The translations under genes and the position numbers were made by a program. The notes beneath the pieces are model-generated. The model had not been told where the DNA came from and made no database searches. It saw only the letters and a program-made list of their open reading frames with translations. From UHGV virus genome UHGV-0116246: a stretch of 45,113 bases of DNA. One strand, 5' to 3'. This document shows positions 8,361 to 16,656 of this stretch, piece after piece (position 1 is the first letter of the stretch; each line of letters opens with the position of its first letter). Source of the stretch: a virus.

Positions 8361-8588
8361 CTAGTCCTCCCAAACTGCTTCTTCTTCCAAAATTTCAATT
8401 TCAATATCGCAATCTTCACAATACATTCCAACTATATTTATCTTTTGTTTTACGATTTGCTCAATATCTTCTGTAGTATGAGTTATAAATTCATTTGGAT
8501 TCCCATATTTATCCAGAGAAAATTCAAACGAATCACCAGACTCAATAATTGCTATTACCTCTCCTCCACACTTTTTACATTTCCACAT
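8361..8588 (-). CDS. Small zinc-ribbon protein (CxxC...CxxC)
   Basis: MWKCKKCGGE...YCEDCD. First gene of leftward operon. Confidence 0.5.
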   Translation of the reverse strand: MWKCKKCGGEVIAIIESGDSFEFSLDKYGNPNEFITHTTEDIEQIVKQKINIVGMYCEDCDIEIEILEEEAVWED

Positions 8589-8666
8589 ATTTTTCCTCCT
8601 TTATTTTTCACTCTTTTATAAACGAGTATTTTGTTTAAAAAAAATTGCTTATTGCTTTATAAATAT

Positions 8667-8695
8667 ATTATACTTTTTAAAACGAGTTATGTCAA
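8667..8695 (-). promoter_or_regulatory. Leftward early promoter (PL-like), consensus TTGACA-17-TATAAT
   Basis: Minus strand reads TTGACAtaactcgttttaaaaagTATAAT. Shares the 20-bp core CTCGTTTTAAAAAGTATAAT with the rightward promoter. Confidence 0.6.
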
Positions 8696-8700
8696 GACTT

Positions 8701-8722
8701 TTTTTCGTTTTATCACGAAAAA
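8701..8722. promoter_or_regulatory. Palindromic operator-like site TTTTTCGT-N6-ACGAAAAA
   Basis: Perfect 8-bp arms. Core TCGTTTT..ACGA is repeated at 9596-9611 and as half-sites in both promoters. Confidence 0.45.
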
Positions 8723-8782
8723 TATTTTATATTTTTTTTAATTAATGTATAATTTTGATATAGAGTTAATAAGGGGGATAAA

Positions 8783-9289
8783 ATGTTTGGTAAACTTTTG
8801 GAAGAATTTGTTATAAGGAAATATGATAAAAAAGCCAGATTTGCAGAAGAATGCAATATATCAACAGGGCATTTAAGCGATATTATGAAAGGCAGAATAT
8901 TGCCTAGAGAAGACACATTGTACCTAATGGTTGAAAAATTATCTTTAAACTTAGAAGATAAAGAACAATTTTTAAAAGAATGGAGCTTTGACAAAACAGG
9001 TAATATATTAAGAGATAAGTATGAGAAACTTGAAAAAGAAAATTCAGAAATGTTGAAAGTGCTTAAAAGTATGGAAAATGAAAAAACTTTAATGAAAAAA
9101 ATTAACGAGATGAAAAACTATGAAGAATTTTATGAAAGTGTTTTTAAAGGACTTACACCTGAAGAAGCACAAGAAGTTCTAATAGCTATAAGTGATAAGC
9201 TTAAGTTAATCGCACTTAAAAAAGGTAAATTAGACAAATTAGATAAAGATTTCGAAAATCTTGACAATATTATAAAAAAAATAAATTAA
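8783..9289 (+). CDS. XRE-family HTH regulator with C-terminal coiled coil (repressor-like)
   Basis: N-terminal ...KARFAEECNISTGHLSDIMKGRILP is a helix-turn-helix of the XRE/Cro-CI type. Sits between the divergent promoters. Confidence 0.6.
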   Translation: MFGKLLEEFVIRKYDKKARFAEECNISTGHLSDIMKGRILPREDTLYLMVEKLSLNLEDKEQFLKEWSFDKTGNILRDKYEKLEKENSEMLKVLKSMENEKTLMKKINEMKNYEEFYESVFKGLTPEEAQEVLIAISDKLKLIALKKGKLDKLDKDFENLDNIIKKIN

Positions 9290-9303
9290 TATTTTTGAAT
9301 TAA

Positions 9304-9331
9304 ATTAGACTTTTAAAAGTCTAATTTTTTT
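9304..9331 (+). terminator. Rho-independent terminator after repressor-like gene
   Basis: TTAGACTTTTAAAAGTCTAA perfect inverted repeat followed by TTTTTTT. Confidence 0.6.
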
Positions 9332-9334
9332 CTC

Positions 9335-9363
9335 TTGACAACGCTCGTTTTAAAAAGTATAAT
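9335..9363 (+). promoter_or_regulatory. Rightward early promoter (PR-like), consensus TTGACA-17-TATAAT
   Basis: TTGACAacgctcgttttaaaaagTATAAT, 22 nt before the Cro-like gene RBS. Confidence 0.65.
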
Positions 9364-9384
9364 ATAGAAAAAGGAGGGGGTAAT

Positions 9385-9594
9385 ATGAAAACACCACAAA
9401 AATTATATGAAATTTTTGAAGAAACAAGAAAAAATAAAAAAATAACATATGCTGAATTAGGTGCTGCACTTGGAAGTAAAGACAGCACCGTATATGATAA
9501 AATGAAAAGATTAAAAGATGGAAAATCTGTACATACCAATTTTTTATTTGATCTTGAAAAAATATTAGGTAAGCCTATTTTTTTTGGGAAATAA
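9385..9594 (+). CDS. Small HTH protein, Cro-like
   Basis: 69 aa. KKITYAELGAALGSKDSTVYD helix-turn-helix. First gene after PR-like promoter. Confidence 0.5.
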   Translation: MKTPQKLYEIFEETRKNKKITYAELGAALGSKDSTVYDKMKRLKDGKSVHTNFLFDLEKILGKPIFFGK

Positions 9595-9595
9595 C

Positions 9596-9611
9596 CTCGT
9601 TTTGTTACGAG
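9596..9611. promoter_or_regulatory. Palindrome CTCGT-TTTGTT-ACGAG, operator-like
   Basis: Same TCGTTTT...ACGA core as 8701-8722. Immediately after Cro-like stop. Confidence 0.35.
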
Positions 9612-10052
9612 TTTAATTTATCAGAAATCTTTGTAATTATTTTTAAAGCTTCAATTATATTTATTTTGTTAGTTACTTCGATATTTTCATTATTTGAATC
9701 ATTATTTTTATTCATTAAATCACATCCTCGAAATACAAATTTTTATCTATAACTAAACATAGATATATACATTATAAATTTTTTTGATAAAAAAATCAAG
9801 TGATAAGTTTGAATAAAAAAGTTGCGAATGGATTTAGAAACCTTGTGAAAATTAATTTGCTTTTTAAAAAATAAAACATAATTCACCTCACAAACAACAA
9901 GTTTTGACTTTTTGTTCTATTATAACATAAAAGGTATACGTTCATAGACATAAAAGTACAAGATAAGAGTAGAATAGCACAGAAAAAATACAAAAGCAAG
10001 TTAAAATAAAATATTTCATTTCACTTTATTAAGTTAAGTTAAAAATGTGTAG

Positions 10053-10140
10053 AATTGATTTTAAAGCCTTTCGAGAAGTTTAATGAGTAAAGTATAAAGA
10101 AAGGCTTCTAAATAAGTTTTACAGGTTAATGGTAAAGCGA
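10053..10140 (+). repeat. Copy 1 of duplicated ~90-nt element with 10-bp-stem hairpin (AAAGCCTTTC...GAAAGGCTT) plus conserved TAAATAAGTTTTACAGnTTAAT tail
   Basis: Near-identical second copy at 10497-10588. Each copy precedes a small gene. Confidence 0.6.
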
Positions 10141-10170
10141 GAATAAAAAATAAAAAAGGGGGTGGAGTGA

Positions 10171-10497
10171 GTGGAGAGTGTTAAGATACTGCTTGATGAG
10201 ATAGTAGTGTTAAAAAATGATTATATATTAACTCCTTACAATTTATTAGAAAATGCAAAGCTACAAAACTATAAATATGTTAAATATTATAAAAAAGATG
10301 GTTATTTAATATGTGAAATGCAATTTGATGTATTTAAGAAAGATTATGTATTTTATTATTACTTTGATAAAAATGATAAATTACACGAAATATACAAAGA
10401 AGAAAATGGAAAGATTGAAATATATTTTTCTAGGGAAGATGAAATTTTAAAAAAGACAAAAGAGCTGAAAGAGTTACTAGAAAATAGTAATCTATAA
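10171..10497 (+). CDS. Hypothetical protein
   Basis: 108 aa. GTG start after GGGGGTGGAG. Tyr/Lys-rich. Confidence 0.4.
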   Translation: MESVKILLDEIVVLKNDYILTPYNLLENAKLQNYKYVKYYKKDGYLICEMQFDVFKKDYVFYYYFDKNDKLHEIYKEENGKIEIYFSREDEILKKTKELKELLENSNL

Positions 10498-10588
10498 AAT
10501 TGATTTTAAAGCCTTTCAATAATTTAAATTAAGAAAGTTAGCGAAAGGCTTTTAAATAAGTTTTACAGTTAAATAGTAAAGCTTAAAT
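10497..10588 (+). repeat. Copy 2 of duplicated hairpin-containing element
   Basis: AAATTGATTTTAAAGCCTTTC...GAAAGGCTTTTAAATAAGTTTTACAGTTAAATAGTAAAGC. Confidence 0.6.
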
Positions 10589-10605
10589 AAAAAAAGGAGG
10601 TCGTT

Positions 10606-10716
10606 ATGTTTGGAAGGTTTGATTTTATATTTCAAGTTGATGACAAAAAATGGTATGGTTACGGCTTTGGTAGATATGCCAAAGGTATTCCAACATCATA
10701 TTTATTCAGAAGATAA
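10606..10716 (+). CDS. Tiny ORF (36 aa)
   Basis: MFGRFDFIFQVDDKKWYGYGFGRYAKGIPTSYLFRR with AAGGAGG RBS. Followed by a 13-bp-arm hairpin. Confidence 0.25.
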   Translation: MFGRFDFIFQVDDKKWYGYGFGRYAKGIPTSYLFRR

Positions 10717-10935
10717 AAAAGAAAATAGCAGCTCACACGAGTTGAATCTATTTTAAAAAAAATGGCTGTTTTTTAAAAATAGAATTAGAAAATAGCCATT
10801 TAAAATAAAAAAAATAATAATTTTTACTTTATATCTGTTCATCACTTCAAAGCCAAACATCTTTGTTGTGGTGGGCAGATACAAAATAAAAATAAGAGAG
10901 ATGTTTGGCAACACCTCTCAAAAAGGAGGTAATAA

Positions 10936-11865
10936 ATGAGTTTTTTAAAATTGAATACCATACCATACTATCCAGAATTAGGTAAGAAACTTGGTGGAAT
11001 AACACCAGCTATTTTAATGAGGCAGTTAGAATATTGGTTTGATAAAAATAAATACAAAAATTTCTATAAATTTTTAGAGCCTTGTGATAATGGATCATAC
11101 AAAGAAGGTGATTCTTGGATAGAAGAAATAGGAATAAGTAAAGCAGAATTCAGAAATGCTTTTTCTAAAATAGGAGTAGTTTATAAATCTAAAAAAGAAT
11201 TTAAAGAAGCAGAAGATAAATTTCAAGGGAAACCTTATTGTTCTTATATAGATAGAATGGAAAGAAGAACATATTATGTAAGAAACCATGAAAAAGTTAA
11301 AGAGATATTAAATGCTGTTACAAATGAAGGTGATGAATTTCCTAGAAATCAAGAAAGTGAATTTCTAGAAATCAAGAAAGTTGATTTCGGGAAATCAAGA
11401 AACTTAACTTCTAGAAATCAAGAAAGTGAATTTCCAATAACAGTAGATTACACAGTAGATTACCAGAAGAATACTACAGTAGAAAAAGATGATGATACTA
11501 AGTTAGATAAACTAAATAAGATAGAGGATATGCATGAGAAAGAAAAAGAGGTTCGTCCTTTGGACTCATCATCAATCGAATTTAAAAATGATTTACAAGA
11601 ACTTAAAGATATAGCTATTAAATCTACAGGAATAAATAAAATGCTAATAGATAATACTATGTTACCAAGTAAATACAGAGATATAAACATTAGGGAGTTG
11701 ATAAATAAAATAAAAGAATCTAAGTTTTTACTGGGAAAACTAGACACTAAACCTAATATAAATCATTTCTCAGTTAGAAATATGATAGATAGAATTATGG
11801 CAGATGCTTATAAAGATAAACAAGAAAAAAAAGCAGCATTACCACCAAGTAGGAGGGTTATTTAA
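10936..11865 (+). CDS. Replication initiator / replisome organiser (origin embedded in gene)
   Basis: 309 aa. Position before DnaB-like helicase. Contains 4 tandem 23-bp iterons in its middle. Confidence 0.55.
   Translation: MSFLKLNTIPYYPELGKKLGGITPAILMRQLEYWFDKNKYKNFYKFLEPCDNGSYKEGDSWIEEIGISKAEFRNAFSKIGVVYKSKKEFKEAEDKFQGKPYCSYIDRMERRTYYVRNHEKVKEILNAVTNEGDEFPRNQESEFLEIKKVDFGKSRNLTSRNQESEFPITVDYTVDYQKNTTVEKDDDTKLDKLNKIEDMHEKEKEVRPLDSSSIEFKNDLQELKDIAIKSTGINKMLIDNTMLPSKYRDINIRELINKIKESKFLLGKLDTKPNINHFSVRNMIDRIMADAYKDKQEKKAALPPSRRVI
11343..11434 (+). repeat. Iteron array: 4 x 23-bp direct repeats (TAGAAATCAAGAAAGTGAATTTC) = probable phage replication origin
   Basis: Exact head-to-tail repeats, 92 bp. 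Unit length is not a multiple of 3, so this is DNA-level conservation rather than protein conservation. Confidence 0.65.
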
Positions 11866-11867
11866 AA

Positions 11868-13082
11868 ATGGATTCAGAAATTAAATTAATATATTGCTTG
11901 TTACTTCTAGGACTTAATAAAAAAGATCAAGAAAAAATATTATCAGTTCCAGATAAGATGTTTAGCAAAGAAGCTGCTGAAGTAATAAAAAAATGCAAAT
12001 CAAGAATGATTAATAATGAACTGATAGATTATTCTATCATAAGCGAGAAAGAGAGAAAAATAGGTGAAAAAATATTTAATACAGAAGCTTTTGCTGAAAG
12101 AATAGATTTATATATTAAAGAGTTAAAACATAACTATATCAAAAGAAAATTGCAAGAGGCAGCTGTAATTGAAACAAATGAAGAATTACTGAATGAAATA
12201 TCAAGCATTAGAGAAGAAATGCTTGGAGAAAGCCAAACGGTAAAAAAACTAAGTCTTAAAAATGTAGTTGAAGAATACTACAAAAATATAGAAAATCCAC
12301 CTAAAAATCCATTAAAAACAGGTTGGAAAAAATTTGATGGATTAGCACAAATGGAACCAGAAGATTTAGTTGTAGTCGAAGGTAGACCAGGAATGGGGAA
12401 AACAGCATTTATATTATCACAAGCTTTATCATTGGCTAAAAATAGTAATAAAGGGATATTTTTCAGCTTAGAAATGTCAGAAAAACAAGTTATAAACAGA
12501 ATAATGGCTCAAATGTCTAGAATTTCTTTAGGATATTTGAAAAGCACAGAAGGTTTTGGAAAACTAAAAAATGAAGCACATGGAAGGCTTAATCTTGCAA
12601 GCACAGAACTTGCAAAACTTGGAGATAATCTAAATATCATAACTGGAAATTTTACAGTAAATAAAATACTTGAGATATGCAAAATAGAGAAAGAAAAGAA
12701 TGATTTGGATTATATAATAATTGATTATATGCAACTACTAGGGTCAAATGTAAAAGGTGGAAGATATGAACAAGTTACAGACATTTCAATATCTCTTAAA
12801 AAATTAGCTAAAGAATTGGGGATAGTAGTTATAGCATTAGCTCAATTGTCGAGGGAAGTTGAAAAGAGAGTAGATAAACATCCTTTACCATCGGACTTAA
12901 GAGATTCAGGCCAAATCGAGCAAGATGCCAGTATAATAATAGGTTTATACAGAGAGGCATATTATGTTGAAGATGCTGATCCTGAACTATTAGAAGTGTC
13001 TATTCTAAAGAATAGAAATGGAGGACTTGGAACTATATATTTTAATTTTAAAGGAGAAATTCAGGAGGTAAAAGAAAGATGA
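11868..13082 (+). CDS. DnaB-like replicative helicase (C-terminal RecA-like ATPase domain)
   Basis: Walker A GRPGMGKTAF, IIIDYMQLL, ALAQLSREVE, SDLRDSGQIEQDA motifs of DnaB C-terminal domain. Confidence 0.8.
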   Translation: MDSEIKLIYCLLLLGLNKKDQEKILSVPDKMFSKEAAEVIKKCKSRMINNELIDYSIISEKERKIGEKIFNTEAFAERIDLYIKELKHNYIKRKLQEAAVIETNEELLNEISSIREEMLGESQTVKKLSLKNVVEEYYKNIENPPKNPLKTGWKKFDGLAQMEPEDLVVVEGRPGMGKTAFILSQALSLAKNSNKGIFFSLEMSEKQVINRIMAQMSRISLGYLKSTEGFGKLKNEAHGRLNLASTELAKLGDNLNIITGNFTVNKILEICKIEKEKNDLDYIIIDYMQLLGSNVKGGRYEQVTDISISLKKLAKELGIVVIALAQLSREVEKRVDKHPLPSDLRDSGQIEQDASIIIGLYREAYYVEDADPELLEVSILKNRNGGLGTIYFNFKGEIQEVKER

Positions 13083-13327
13083 TTTATAAAACAAGAAAAG
13101 AAGAAGAGGACAGAATACTTAATTCTATCTTGTTGAAAAATATAAAAATTTTACCAGATGGGAAATACAAAGTTTTTTATGAATGTTGTTTAGGATATAA
13201 ACTTGTAGACTTAGAACAAACTTTACCTAGTAAGAAACATCTTAAAACATGGTTAAAAAACAATAAGATAAATATTAGAAAATATCCTGAAATATTAAAT
13301 AATTTAAAAAAAGAGTGCATAGCATAG
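13079..13327 (+). CDS. Hypothetical protein
   Basis: 82 aa. Overlaps helicase stop (coupled). Confidence 0.4.
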   Translation: MIYKTRKEEEDRILNSILLKNIKILPDGKYKVFYECCLGYKLVDLEQTLPSKKHLKTWLKNNKINIRKYPEILNNLKKECIA

Positions 13328-13336
13328 GAGGATAAA

Positions 13337-13639
13337 ATGACTAGAGATGAATTGAGAAAGTTTTACACATTTCTAAAAAAGGAAACAGGATTAAAGGGAG
13401 CACCTTCAAGGAACTTCGGGAGTAAGGAAGAGGTTTTGAAGGAGATTAGAAAAATAATAGAAAAGACTGAAAATACATATGCTATTGATTGGCAAATAAC
13501 ATCAAAAAAGAATAATGAACTTTTATATAAAAATACTGGATTGAAACTTGAAAATAACGACTTAAAACTGGAAATTAGTAAGTTAAAATCCGAACTGGAA
13601 GAATTGAAAAATAAAAAGTGGTGGCAGATATGGAAATAG
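13337..13639 (+). CDS. Hypothetical coiled-coil protein
   Basis: 100 aa. Confidence 0.4.
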   Translation: MTRDELRKFYTFLKKETGLKGAPSRNFGSKEEVLKEIRKIIEKTENTYAIDWQITSKKNNELLYKNTGLKLENNDLKLEISKLKSELEELKNKKWWQIWK

Positions 13640-13708
13640 CATTAATAATAGTGGCTGGTGCTTTTATAGCACTAGCTGCATTAGAAAGAAAGATAAGGGA
13701 GGGTATAA

Positions 13709-14056
13709 ATGACTAATTTATGGACAGAAACAGTAGCTAAATTAATATATAATGAAAAAACATTTGAAGATGTTATAGCGATATACGGAAATGATTTCCA
13801 AATAACTAAAGATAATTTTGAGAAAGTGGCAAAAAAAACTAATTATTATTCTGGATATGGTAGCCCAGCAGTTGCTACAGATTTAACGATATTAGGGAAA
13901 GGTTTTATAATGAAAAGAGAAGAGTATGACGGAGCTGAAAATTGGGAATATATAGTTTTACCAGATTTATCTAGCCTTAACAAAAAAACAGTAAATATTA
14001 AAGCTTTGGCAACAGATGGGATAGGATGGAAAAAACTGAAAGAATTGAATGAGTAG
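13709..14056 (+). CDS. Hypothetical protein
   Basis: 115 aa. GGGATAAATG RBS. Confidence 0.4.
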   Translation: MTNLWTETVAKLIYNEKTFEDVIAIYGNDFQITKDNFEKVAKKTNYYSGYGSPAVATDLTILGKGFIMKREEYDGAENWEYIVLPDLSSLNKKTVNIKALATDGIGWKKLKELNE

Positions 14057-14091
14057 ATTAGTAGAGTGGAAATAAAGATGAGGAGAGAGAT

Positions 14092-14295
14092 ATGGAAAGA
14101 AAAATAGGAGAGATATTTGAATATGAAGGGAAAAAGTATAAAGTAGTAGAAAATCTAAAATCATTAGCAGGTTGTGATAATTGTTGTTTTGGAGGTGAAA
14201 GTTGTTTTGATGTTATAGGTCGTAATGGTGGATATTGCATGAGACAGCTTAGAACAGATGGCAAAAGTATATATTTTGTAGAGGTGAAAGAATGA
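14092..14295 (+). CDS. Small Cys-rich protein (CDNCCF...C...C)
   Basis: 67 aa. Confidence 0.4.
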   Translation: MERKIGEIFEYEGKKYKVVENLKSLAGCDNCCFGGESCFDVIGRNGGYCMRQLRTDGKSIYFVEVKE

Positions 14296-14447
14296 AGAAA
14301 AAACAAAAACAAGCAGTTGAGATATTAGTAAAAACTCTTGCGATGATTTTTATAGCGGGTGCCTTAGGAATTTCATTATACATAATGGTTGATAGTTTCA
14401 AAGATATATTCAAAGACGTAGTTAAAATAGAGATAATTAAGAAGTAG
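14292..14447 (+). CDS. Small membrane protein (51 aa)
   Basis: MKKKQKQAVEILVKTLAMIFIAGALGISLYIMV... one TM. Confidence 0.3.
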   Translation: MKKKQKQAVEILVKTLAMIFIAGALGISLYIMVDSFKDIFKDVVKIEIIKK

Positions 14448-14455
14448 GGTGAAAA

Positions 14456-14791
14456 ATGAAAGAAAGTGAAATTCAATCAAGCATAATAGACTATTTACAG
14501 TTATTAGAAAATAAAGGGAAAATATTTATGCAGAGAATAAATAATACCGCAATATATGACCCTGTAGGCAAAAGATGGAGATCTTTAGCAAAAGGAACTA
14601 AAAAAGGTTTCCCAGATATTCTAGTACTAAAAAATGGTAAGTGTATAGGATTAGAAGTTAAAACAAATGTAGGGAAACAATCTAAAGAGCAAAAAGAAAT
14701 GGAAAAATTAATGAAGGAACATGGAGCTGATTACTATGTTGTAAGAAGCTTAGATGAAGTGATAGAGATAATAGGGATGGGGATGAGATGA
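14456..14791 (+). CDS. VRR-NUC domain nuclease (PD-(D/E)xK)
   Basis: GFPDILVL...GLEVK motif. Confidence 0.6.
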   Translation: MKESEIQSSIIDYLQLLENKGKIFMQRINNTAIYDPVGKRWRSLAKGTKKGFPDILVLKNGKCIGLEVKTNVGKQSKEQKEMEKLMKEHGADYYVVRSLDEVIEIIGMGMR

Positions 14792-15006
14792 GTAAATGTA
14801 TAGAACATGAAGGATTGAGATGTGATCTAATTTATTCAAGTTGGTATTCGTCTATATTCAAGATAGTAGAAAATCCAAAAAAACTTTCATTACCAGAAAT
14901 TGCTATTATCTTAAATAAGAAAACTGGTAATAAAGATATTTACTATTATATAGATTTAGGTAATGATAGAATTAAAATCGTTGATGATTGGTGGACCGGA
15001 ATATAG
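14788..15006 (+). CDS. Hypothetical protein
   Basis: 72 aa. Confidence 0.35.
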   Translation: MSKCIEHEGLRCDLIYSSWYSSIFKIVENPKKLSLPEIAIILNKKTGNKDIYYYIDLGNDRIKIVDDWWTGI

Positions 15007-15147
15007 GATGATGTAATAGAGATAGTGGGAGGTAGAATATGAGTTTTGAAACATTTGTGGTTATTGTATTCGGTGTAATACTTGGAAATGTAGCACAAGC
15101 AATATTTGCAATAAAAAGAAGTTTGAAAAATATAGAAAAGAAAATTT

Positions 15148-15333
15148 GTGAAAATAATGGAGGAAATAATGAAAAATAATATAGAAATTGATAAAGAGAT
15201 TATTATTCTTGCTGAAAGGATTTCTAAACTAGGAAAGAGAGATCAAAAGGCTTTAAAGTGTTTGCTTTATTATTTTGAAACTGTAAACAAGAAAGAAAAA
15301 AATGTTAAAAAACAGGAGGCGGAATATGAATAA
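15148..15333 (+). CDS. Hypothetical protein
   Basis: 61 aa. Confidence 0.35.
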   Translation: MKIMEEIMKNNIEIDKEIIILAERISKLGKRDQKALKCLLYYFETVNKKEKNVKKQEAEYE

Positions 15334-16117
15334 TTTAATAAAAATAGAGGAAAGAAAAAATATAGTTACAAGTTTAGAGTTGGTTGAACAGATTAATATT
15401 TTTAGAAGTCAGGAAGATAATAGATCAGAACTTCAACACAAAGATTTATTGAAAGTGATTAGAGATGAATTTGAAGATGAAATAGGTGAGGGAAAAATTT
15501 CGCTCGGGTCATATAAAGATAAGCAGAATCAAGAAAGACCTATGTTTGAACTAACATTTAATCAAGCAAGGCAAGTGTTAGTAAGAGAAAGTAAATTTGT
15601 AAGAAAACATATAATGTCTTACATTGAAGAATTAGAAAAACAATTAGGAAATATAATTTCCTATGAAGATAGATTAAAACTAGGTTTATTTTCAAATGAT
15701 CCTGATATAGTAGCTAGATCTCATAAAGCTTTATTGAAATTAGAGCTTAAACCTTTAAAAGAAGAATTGGAGTATAAAACAAAAGAAATAGAGTATAAAG
15801 AAGATGTTATTATTGGACTTACAGATAAAATAGAATTAATGGATATGAGGCAGATTCTTAATACAGTTGTAAGATATAAAGGAGCAGATTTTCAAGAAAG
15901 GTGGAGATTATTATATTTTGAATTTGAAAGAAAATATCATGTTGATATAAAAAGAAGAATAGAAAACTATAATAAAAATAATAAACCTAAACTGAAAAAT
16001 AAACTTGAATATATAGATAAAATAATGAACAAATTACCACAATTATATGAAATAGCATGTAAATTATTTGAAGGAGATATAGAGCAAATAATAGAAAATT
16101 ACAAAAAGGTATGTTAA
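15326..16117 (+). CDS. Rha-family phage regulatory protein (antirepressor-like)
   Basis: Start at MNNLIK after AGGAGG. VTSLELVEQINIFRSQEDNRSELQHKDLLKVIRDEF matches the Rha N-terminal signature. Confidence 0.55.
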   Translation: MNNLIKIEERKNIVTSLELVEQINIFRSQEDNRSELQHKDLLKVIRDEFEDEIGEGKISLGSYKDKQNQERPMFELTFNQARQVLVRESKFVRKHIMSYIEELEKQLGNIISYEDRLKLGLFSNDPDIVARSHKALLKLELKPLKEELEYKTKEIEYKEDVIIGLTDKIELMDMRQILNTVVRYKGADFQERWRLLYFEFERKYHVDIKRRIENYNKNNKPKLKNKLEYIDKIMNKLPQLYEIACKLFEGDIEQIIENYKKVC

Positions 16118-16129
16118 TAGGAGGAGCAT

Positions 16130-16288
16130 ATGGCAGATAATTCTAAATTAGATAGACTAATAAAAAAAATAGTAGATAGTGGAGAGTATAAAGATGGATG
16201 GCTTAAAATAAAAATAAATAATTCTGGAATTATAGTGGATGCCAAGTTCGAAAAAGCTATTCCACTTATAAAAAATCAAGAGAAATAA
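16130..16288 (+). CDS. Tiny ORF (52 aa)
   Basis: MADNSKLDRLIKKIVDSGEYKDGWLKIKINNSGIIVDAKFEKAIPLIKNQEK with GGAGGAGCATATG RBS. Confidence 0.3.
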   Translation: MADNSKLDRLIKKIVDSGEYKDGWLKIKINNSGIIVDAKFEKAIPLIKNQEK

Positions 16289-16290
16289 TA

Positions 16291-16319
16291 TTGCATAATA
16301 CCGCTAATAGTGGTATAAT
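16291..16319 (+). promoter_or_regulatory. Orphan consensus-like promoter TTGCAT-17-TATAAT
   Basis: TTGCATaataccgctaatagtggTATAATATAGAAAA. Shares the TATAATATAGAAAA tail with PR-like promoter. Confidence 0.5.
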
Positions 16320-16324
16320 ATAGA

Positions 16325-16430
16325 AAATATAATATATAATATAGAATTTCTGATTTGCGACCCTAAGAGGTGGATTAGATAAACTTTAGATGAAAAGTCT
16401 AAGGCTTATTTAGTCCACCTTTTTTATTTT
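16325..16430 (+). ncRNA. Candidate ~105-nt small RNA (promoter to terminator, no ORF)
   Basis: No ORF >7 codons. Ends in 12-bp-stem hairpin GGTGGATTAGAT...TTTAGTCCACC + TTTTTTATTTT. Confidence 0.35.
16369..16430 (+). terminator. Rho-independent terminator
   Basis: 12-bp stem with two G-U pairs, inner hairpin, T-run. Confidence 0.55.
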
Positions 16431-16656
16431 ATCTTGATTAAAACACATAACTCTGTACATGAAATAATAAAGGCTAAAGATAGCAGTATTGAAGTTATGT
16501 GTTTCAATGAGGGTATACCTCATGGTCGATGTCTACCCCATACTAATTTTTTTTCATATAAATGTCCTCCTTCCCTCACACGAGTGGATAAAAAGCCGCT
16601 AATAAAATTAATATAAACCAAAACTGTCACAAACATCAAATAAAAAAGGAGGAAAA

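Noticed and set aside
8713-8994. Minus-strand 93-aa ORF overlapping the repressor-like gene
   Set aside because: Antisense to a well-supported HTH gene. Composition typical of antisense frames. Sits across the promoter region.
16434-16616. 60-aa plus-strand ORF
   Set aside because: No RBS. Odd amino-acid composition. Region is dominated by palindromes and is more likely structured RNA/DNA.
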